Under the pieces are notes generated by a model, which saw only the letters and a list, made by a program, of their open reading frames with translations, did no database searches and had not been told where the DNA came from. Positions 21,001-30,000 of a stretch of DNA of 64,000 nt are shown in pieces (the stretch's first letter is position 1; each line of letters opens with the position of its first letter). The translations under genes and the position numbers were made by a program. The stretch comes from Verrucomicrobiota bacterium (GTDB lineage Bacteria; Verrucomicrobiota; Verrucomicrobiia; Limisphaerales; JBBRPK01): contig JBBRPK010000012.1 of the NCBI GenBank assembly GCA_038228235.1, positions 4,868-68,867 of the forward strand. The letters are read 5' to 3'.

Positions 21001-24000
21001 ACGATCAATTCCATCACGAGCAACAGCCCCAACGGCAGCACCGTCGGATACAGTGTTTCGGCCAATCCCACGCACCTGGCGCGGACAGGGACTGTGGCCG
21101 TCGCCAATCAGGTTTTGACCATTAGCCAGGGCCCGGCCAACTGCACATACACGCTTGGATTCAACAGCACCAACTATGGATCGGCGGCCATCAATGACAC
21201 CGTGAGCGTGGGAACCCTGACGGGTTGCGTTGTGACGGCGGTGAGCGGGACCAATTGGATCACGATCAATTCCATCACGAGCAACAGCCCCAACAGCAGC
21301 ACCGTCGGTTACAGTGTCTCCGCTAATCCCACGCATTTCGCTCGGACAGGAACTGTGGCCATCGCCAATCAGACCTTGACCATCAGCCAGGGTTCCGCCA
21401 ACTGCACATACACCCTTGGATTCAACAGCGTGGATTACGGACCTGGCTCCATCACGGATACCGTTAGCGTGGGCACCCTGACCGGATGTGTTGTGACCGC
21501 CCTCAGCGGGACCAATTGGATCACGATCAATTCCATCACCAGCAACAGCCCCAACAGCAGCGTCGTCGGTTACAGTGTTTCGGCCAATCCTACGCATTTG
21601 GCCCGCACAGGAACGGTGGCCATCGCTAATCAGACCTTGACCGTCAGCCAGGACCCGGCCAATTGCACATACACCCTTGGATTCAACAGCACCAACTATG
21701 GATCGGCGGCCGTCAGTGACGCCGTGAGTGTGGGAACATTGACCGGATGCGTTGTGACCGCCGTCAGCGGGACCAATTGGATCACGATCAATTCCATCAC
21801 GAGCACCAGCCCGAACAGCAGCGTCGTCGGATACAGTGTCTCGGCCAATCCCACGCATCTGGCGCGCACCGGAACGGTAGCCATCGCCAATCAGGTTTTG
21901 ACCGTCAGCCAGGACCCGGCCAATTGCACATACACCCTTGGATTCAACAGCACCAACTATGGATCGGCGGCCATCAGTGACACCGTGAGTGTGGGAACCC
22001 TGACGGGTTGCGTTGTGACCGCCCTCAGCGGGACGAACTGGATCACGATCAATTCCATCACGAGCAACAGCCCCAACAGCAGCACCGTCGGATACAGTGT
22101 TTCGGCCAATCCCACGCATCTGGCGCGCACCGGAACGGTAGCCATCGCCAATCAGGTTTTGATCGTCAGCCAGGACCCGGCCAATTGCACATACACCCTT
22201 GGATTGACTGGCATTAGCTACGGACCTGGATTCGTTACCGACACCCTCAGCGTGGGCACACTCACCGGTTGCGTTGTGACGGCGGTGAGCGGGATTAATT
22301 GGATTACGGTTACTTCCACCACCAGCAACAGCCCGACGAATAGCACTGTGGGTTACAGTGTTTCGGCCAATCCCACGCATTTGGCGCGAACGGGAACGGT
22401 GGCCGTCGCCAATCAGATGTTGACCATCAGCCAGGGTCCCGCCAACTGCACATATACCCTCGGCTTCAACAGCATTAACTACGGGCCTGGTCCCATCAGT
22501 GACTCGGTGAGTGTGGGCACGCTGACTGGGTGCGTCGTAACCGCGGTCAGTGGAACGAACTGGATTACCATTACGTCGGTTACGAGTCCCACACCTGACA
22601 CTACAATGGTAGGTTATAGTGTTTCGGCGAATCCCACGCATTTGGCGCGGACGGGGAGTGTGGCCATCGCCAATCAGGTTTTGACCATCAGCCAGGACCC
22701 GGCCAATTGCGCATACGCATTGGGATTCAACAGCACGAACTATGGGTTTGCAATTATCAGTGACAGAGTGAGTGTGAGCACGCTCACGGGCTGCGTCGTG
22801 ACGGCCGTGAGTGGGACGAACTGGATTGCCATCACTTCCAATACGAGCAATAGCCCCAACAGCAGCACCGTCGATTACACCGTCTCGGCCAATCCAACCC
22901 ATTTGGCGCGGACAGGAATTGTGGCCATCGCCAATCAGATTTTGACCATTAGCCAGGACCCGGCCAATTGCACCTACACTCTGGGCTTCGACAGCGCATC
23001 ATACGGCCCTGGGGCCATTGGCGACACAGTGAGTGTTGGCACCTTGACGGGCTGCGTCGTGACAGCGGTGAGCGGGACCAACTGGATCAGTATAGCTTCC
23101 ATCACGAACAACACGCCCGATAGGGCCGCCGTGAGTTACCTTGTCGCAGCCAATCCAACCGGTTTGGCCCGAACCAGCACGGTGGCAATTGCCAATCAAG
23201 TGCTGACGGTGAGGCAGGACCCGGCGCCATGCACTTACACGCTGGGATCCAGCAGCAGGAATTATGGGTTCGCCGCAACCTCGGACAGCGTAAGTGTGAC
23301 GACGCTCCTTGGGTGTCCTTGGAGCGCGGTGAGCGGCGCTAACTGGATCACAATTAACTCAGCAAACAACACCACCAACAGTGGAAGCGTGAGCTACACC
23401 GTGGCAGCAAATCCGAACGGATTGGCCAGGACGGGGACAGTGGCAGTGGCGGGTCAGCTCTTAGCCATCAGACAAGATCCCGCGCCCTGCACCTATCTTC
23501 TAGGATTCACCAGCGTCAGCTACGGTTTCGGGACCAATGCGGATCAGGTGAGCGTGACCACGCTGTTGGGATGCCCCTGGAGAGTGGTTACGAGCAACAG
23601 TTGGATCTCGATTATCTCGGCTTCCAACAATACGAACAACGGTACCGTCGGGTACACGGTGCAGGCTAATCCGACCGGCCTCGCCCGGACGGGTGTGGTG
23701 ATGATTGCTGATCAGCTTCTTTCGGTGAGACAAGACCCTGCTCCTTGCGCCTACAACCTTGCCTTTCACAGCGCCAACTATGGCTTCGGACCTGCCGACG
23801 ACGCTGTAAATGTCACGACTTTGGTTGGCTGTTCCTGGACGGCGCTGAGCGGAGCCAACTGGATTACGGTTACCTCCAGTCCAAACAACGCTGGCAGCGG
23901 TGCGGCTAGTTACAAGGTAAGCGCCAATCCGAACGGGCTAACCCGTACTGGATTAGTAGCTATTGCCAACCAGTTCCTGACGATAACCCAAGATCCCGCT

Positions 24001-27000
24001 CCATGCACTTACGCGCTGGGGTTCAGCAGCATGAGATACGGACCAGGAGCTACCAATGACATGGCAGGTATGACAACCCTGATCGGCTGTCCGTGGAGTG
24101 TATTAAGCGGAACCGACTGGATCACGATCACCTCAGCCGCGAGCAACACCAACAGTGGAACCATCAGTTATACTGTGGCGGCGAATCCGACGGGCCTGGC
24201 CCGAACCGGAGTGGTTTCGGCGGCCAACCAAACTCTGGTAGTGAGACAGGACGCGGCTCCGTGCACTTATGCGCTTTCCCCGAGCAACTGGGTGCATCGG
24301 TCCTCTTCGGAAACTGGAGCAGTCAACGTCGCTACTCTCCTGGGCTGCTCCTGGAGCGTATCAAACACGAATGACTGGGTGACGATCACCTCCATTAACA
24401 ATGACCCGACGAATGGGAGTTTTGGATATACCGTCTCGGCCAATCCCGGCGCTGGCAGCCGGACCGGTCAGTTGATGATTGGCGATAAACTATTCACCAT
24501 TGGCCAGGTAGGAACCGCTTGCACCTATGCGCTCTCCCCAACCAATCGGTTCCATGGCCCCGGGACAGCCGTTAATTCCGTAAGATTAATTGCGGGCAGT
24601 GGGTGTGCCTGGACGATCATTGTCACCAACGATTGGATCACTTTCACGAACACGAGCGGGGCGGGTCCTTCGACCAACTATTACTCCCTTACGGCGAACA
24701 AAAGTTCCCGCCCACGGACCGGCGCGGTGAGCCTCGGCGGAGAGGTGTTCACTCTCACGCAATGGGGAACGAATTGCGCGTTTCTCCTCACACCCGCTAA
24801 TCCGGCGCCCTACAGTTATGGTGGAGGAAACGCAACGGTGAGTCTGGCTGCCAGCACCCCGAATTGCTCCTGGAATGTCATCAACAACAATACCTGGATC
24901 ACGATCACGAATGGCGGCACAGGCAGCGTCGGAAGCCTTGGCTACACTGTCGCCTTTAACCTGAGTCCCAATCCAAGGACGGGTGTCGTGACGATTGGCG
25001 GCGAAATCTTGACCGTAAGTCAGGCTGGATTCCCCTGCACTTACACCCTTTCTCCCGGCAGCGGCGTTTATGGTTTCAGTGCGACTAATGCCCAGGTAAG
25101 TCTCGTGGCGAGCAACCTATGCCCCTGGATGATGGTCAACACCAATGATTGGATCACCATTACGCCCTCTCGCAGTACAAACGGTCTTGGCTCCGCCACC
25201 TTCAGCTTCGCGGTGGACGCCAACCCCACCGCCATCCCCCGCGTGGGTGTGGTAATGATCGCGGATCAACTTTTCCCTGTCCGCCAGGAGGGCGCCCCAT
25301 GCACATTCACCCTCTCGAACACGAACGATGCGCATGATTTTGGCTCGGGTGTGGGAGCGGTGGCTCTGACGAGTGTCCCCGGTTGCGATTGGTTTGTAAG
25401 CAACAGCAATACATGGATATTGATCAGCTCCGGCACCAGCGGGACGGGCAGTGGAGAGATCGATTACGCGATAGATCCCAACCCCAGTGGCTTGGGGCGC
25501 ACGGGCGCAGTAATGATCGCCGATCAAGTGCTGAACATTATCCAGGCAGGAGCGCCGTGCGCCTTTGGCATCTCCCCTGGCCTTCGAACGCACGGAGCAG
25601 GCATGGAGACAGGAGTTGTGAATGTCACCACGCTGACCGGATGCCCCTGGGCTGTGAGCAACATGAACAGTTGGATCACGATCAGCTCTGCGCTCACCGC
25701 GACCGATAACGGCCCGGTCAATTATGTGGTTGCGCCTAACCAAAGCGTGTTGGGGAGGACCGGCGTTGTCATGATTGCCAACCAACCCTTCACCGTAGTT
25801 CAGGTTGGCGCCAACTGCTCTTTTTCCATTCTACCCATAGCCCGGTTGCACAGTTCCGCGCTGGAAACCGGGCAGGTGGCCGTCACGGCGATTAGTGGCT
25901 GCGCGTGGATAGTGGGTAACACCAATAGCTGGATCACCATCACCTCCAGCCTTCGTAACACTAACAGCGGAACTGTGAACTACACAGTTGGCCAGAACAC
26001 CAGCCCCAATTCCCGAAGCGGCACCGTAACAATTGCCTCCCAGCCGTTCACTGTTACCCAATCAGGAATTACCTGCGCCTACGCACTTTCCCCGGCCACC
26101 CGTGTCCACGGTTCCGGACCGGAAACAGGTCAAGTAACGGTGACGACGAGTAATTTGTGCGATTGGAGCGCGCTCAATACCAACAGTTGGATCACACTGG
26201 CGCCGCCAGCCAGTGGGACAGGGAATGGAACCGTGAATTATTCTCTGCTGACTAACTCGGGCCCTTCCCGGAGTGGAACCCTGGTCATCGGCGGCATGCC
26301 GTTCGTCGTAAGTCAGAACGGGAGTTTGCGCTTGGCCCGGGCCTCCGATATGAGCATCCGGCGGGGGCAGACGAACAATTTAATAATCGTATTGGAGGCC
26401 TTGGGAAATGAAAACGCCGTGAGTTTGAGCCTCAACTACGATACAAATTTGCTTACATTCATCAAACTCGCCAAGAGCAAAGATGTAACCGATCCCAACG
26501 CCAGTTTAATCCCGAATACCAATCAAGCGGCCAGCAACGGACGCGTCGGCTTTCTCTTCGGATTGAGCCCCGGCGGACTTTTCCATGCTGGTGCAAACAA
26601 CATCGTGGAAGCCAGTTTCCGGGCCGCTGCTGGAAATGCCTCCGCTGTCACCCCTGTCACAATTGGAAACACCCCGGTTGCCAGCGATGTGGCGGATGCC
26701 AATGGCAACTCGCTGCCAGCCAGCTATTCAAATGCGACCGTGACTATTATGGGGCTATGTAGCTACTCCCTGGCCACAAATGGAGCTTCCTTCGGCGCCA
26801 GCGGCGGGGACGGCGTGCTCAACGTCACTGCAGATCCTGGTTGCGCCTGGAACGTGAGCAATAGTAATGGTTGGATCAATACCTCTGCCGCGACCTCTCC
26901 CGGCAATGGGAGCGTCAGCTATACAGTGGCCGCCAATCTGAATGGTCTTCCTCGCGTCGGTCTGCTGACCATCGCCGGGTTTCCTTTTACCGTGACTCAG

Positions 27001-30000
27001 GCGGCTGCGCCTTGCGCTTACTCCCTCTCGCCAACCAATTGGCTCCATGGGGCGGGATCAGAAACCGGACTGGTAGCGGTGAGCGCCACCAGTGGGTGCA
27101 GTTGGTCGGCCAGCACCGCGAACAATTGGATCACTCTCACTTCCACTAGCAACGGCGCCGTCGCTTACAGGCTGGACGCCAACCCAAGTTCAGTTGCCCG
27201 GACGGGTTCGATCCTGGTGGCGGATCAGACGTTCACGGTCAATCAAGCGGGAGCACGTTGTGTCTATTCCATCGCGCCGGTCAATGGTGTGCATGGGGCA
27301 GGAGTGGAAACTGGCACCGTGGCGGTGGCCGCTATGACTGGTTGCTCGTGGAATGCCGCGAGCAGCAATAGCTGGATCACCATCCTGGCGGGCTCGAATG
27401 GCATGGCTACGGGAGCTGTCGTTTACGCGGTGGCGATCAACCCGAGCGTCACGGCGCGGGCCGGTGTTCTCACCATCGCCGGCCAGACCTTCACTGTTAG
27501 TCAATTGGGAGCAGATTGCGGTTACACGCTTTCGCCCATGAATCTTGTTTATGGTTACTGGGCGACGAATGGGTTGGTGAACGTCACGACGAGCAGCAAT
27601 GGCTGTGGCTGGAGTGTCGTCAATACTAACACTTGGATTAGGCTCACCGCTGGCGCAAATGGCACGGGCGCGGGAACAGTGGCCTTCTCGGTGGATGCCA
27701 ATCGCCTGGGCGCCGTACGCGTGGGCATTTTGAACATTGCCGGCCAAAATGTTACGATCAGCCAAGCAGCGTCTCCGTGCGTTTTCTCGCTCACTTCCCC
27801 CAGTTTCAGTTGCAGCTTTTTGCAGACCAATAGCCAGGTGAATGTGGGCGTCTTCAGCAGTTGTGGGTGGAGTATCCAGAACAGCAACAGTTGGATTAAC
27901 ATCACTTCCAGCCTGACAAACAATTTCGGCAATGGAACGGTTAGCTTCACCGTTTTGGGAAACCCAACGGGCCTGCCGCGCTTGGGGATAATTGTGATCG
28001 CGGATCAACTTTTCGCTGTCAACCAGGCCGCAGTCCCTTGCACTTATAATCTTGGCTCCACGACCGCGAGTTATGGCTTCGCATTGATTACCGGAACGGT
28101 GAACCTGACTACCCTCAGCGGTTGTCCCTGGAGTGTGCTGAGTGAGGCTCCCTGGATTAGCATCAATTCTGCTGCCAATAATAGCGGCAGTGGGCTGGTC
28201 AGCTACACCGTCCAGAACAATCCGATGGCTCTGGCCCGGACGGGCCTGGTGGCGATCGCAAATCAGGTCCTGACCGTGCGGCAAGATCCAGCCCCCTGCG
28301 CTTATAATCTTGGCCTCAACGGCGCGCATTATGGCCCCGGGCTAAACACCGATCAGGTCAGCGTCGGCACCCCCACTGGCTGCGTTTGGGCTGTCCTTAG
28401 CGGGACAAATTGGATCACGATCAACTCCGCCGCCAACAACACGAACAGCGGTTTTGTGGTTTACACCGTGGCCCCCAATCCAACGGGGCTGCCGCGGACA
28501 GGAATCGTGGCGATTGCCAACCAAGTCCTGACCGTAACCCAGGACCCGGCGCCGTGCCTTTACGCGCTCGGATTTAACACCGTGAGCTACGATTTCGGGG
28601 CCAACACTGACCAGGTAAGTGTGACGACGCTGACTGGCTGCGTTTGGAGCGCGGCCAGCTCCACCAACTGGATTACCATCACTTCCGGGACCAATAACAT
28701 CGGCAGCGCAAACGTCAGCTATACCATCGCCAATAACCCCGGCGTCCTGACCCGCACCGGCGTCGCAGTCATCGCCGGCCAGCTTCTCACCGTCACGCAA
28801 TCGGGAATTCCATGCGCGTATAGTCTCTCCCAGAGCAATCAAGATCATGGTGCTGGTTCCGAAACTGGTTTGGTAACCGTGACAACCCTGAACGGCTGCG
28901 GTTGGACGGTGGTTAACACCAATAGCTGGATCAGCATCAACCCAACGAACACCAGTGGCGCCAAGACCGCCATCATCAGTTATGCGGTTGATGCCAACCC
29001 AAGCCCGGACGGGAGGACTGGTGTAGTCACCATTGCCAGCATCCCTTTCACGGTCACGCAGGCTGGAATTCCTTGTGTATTCGGCCTCGTCCCCACAAGT
29101 GCTAATGCTCTTTCGGGTGTCGGATCGTTCACGGTGGCTATCACCAATAGCAATCCCTTGTGTCATTGGTCAGGAACGGTCATTAACACCAATAATTGGA
29201 TTATCCCAAAAAGGATTACGAGCGGCTCATTCACTTATAACGTAACAGTCAATCCCGATCCCGTTACCCGAACGGGCTATATGATCATCGCTGACCAACT
29301 CTATACGGTGCATCAGGCGGGATCCCAATGCACCTATACTTTATCGGAAATGAACCATACTTATGGGTCCGTATCCGATACAGGAATGGTATCGGTCATC
29401 ACGGGAAACGGTTGTGCCTGGACGGCCAGCAATACCAACAACTGGATTACGTTCACCTCCCCAACCAATCTCACTAGCTTCGGGAGCGTTAGTTACTCGG
29501 TGGCCACCAACTTTTTCCCGACCAACCGGACAGGCTATCTTACCGTGGCCGGTCAGCTTTATACGGTCACCCAACTGGCCGGGGCGTGTGCCTATACGCT
29601 GACCCCCGGCAATTCCCCGACCCACAATTATGCGGGGGACACTGGAGTGGTCAGCGTAGCCTCATTTTGCTCCTGGTCGGTGATCAAGACCAATTCATGG
29701 ATCACGCTTCTCTCCGGCCCTAGTGGGACCGGCAACGGGACGTTCAGTTATAGTGTCCTCACTAACCCAACGGCCTTGGTGAGGACGGGAGTGATCACCC
29801 TTTCAGGCGTGGCCTATACGGTGACGCAAATGGGCGCTCCTTGCACTTATACGATTTCTCCGGCGGCTCGAGTTCATTCGGGCCTGCTGGAAACTGGGAT
29901 CGTGAACGTTGCCTCCCTCGTCGGGTGCAATTGGAGCGTGAGCAATACCAATAGTTGGATAACCCTCCCTTCCGGCACGAATGGCAGCGGCACCATGAAC

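Noticed and set aside
20764-22902. 712-aa antisense ORF
   Set aside because: Shadow of the 261-bp repeat array; one stop-free reverse frame is propagated by the repeats and has no protein-like motifs.
18793-23229. CRISPR array or diversity-generating retroelement
   Set aside because: The repeats are in-frame coding units with no unique spacers; no cas or reverse transcriptase gene; differences are not restricted to adenines.
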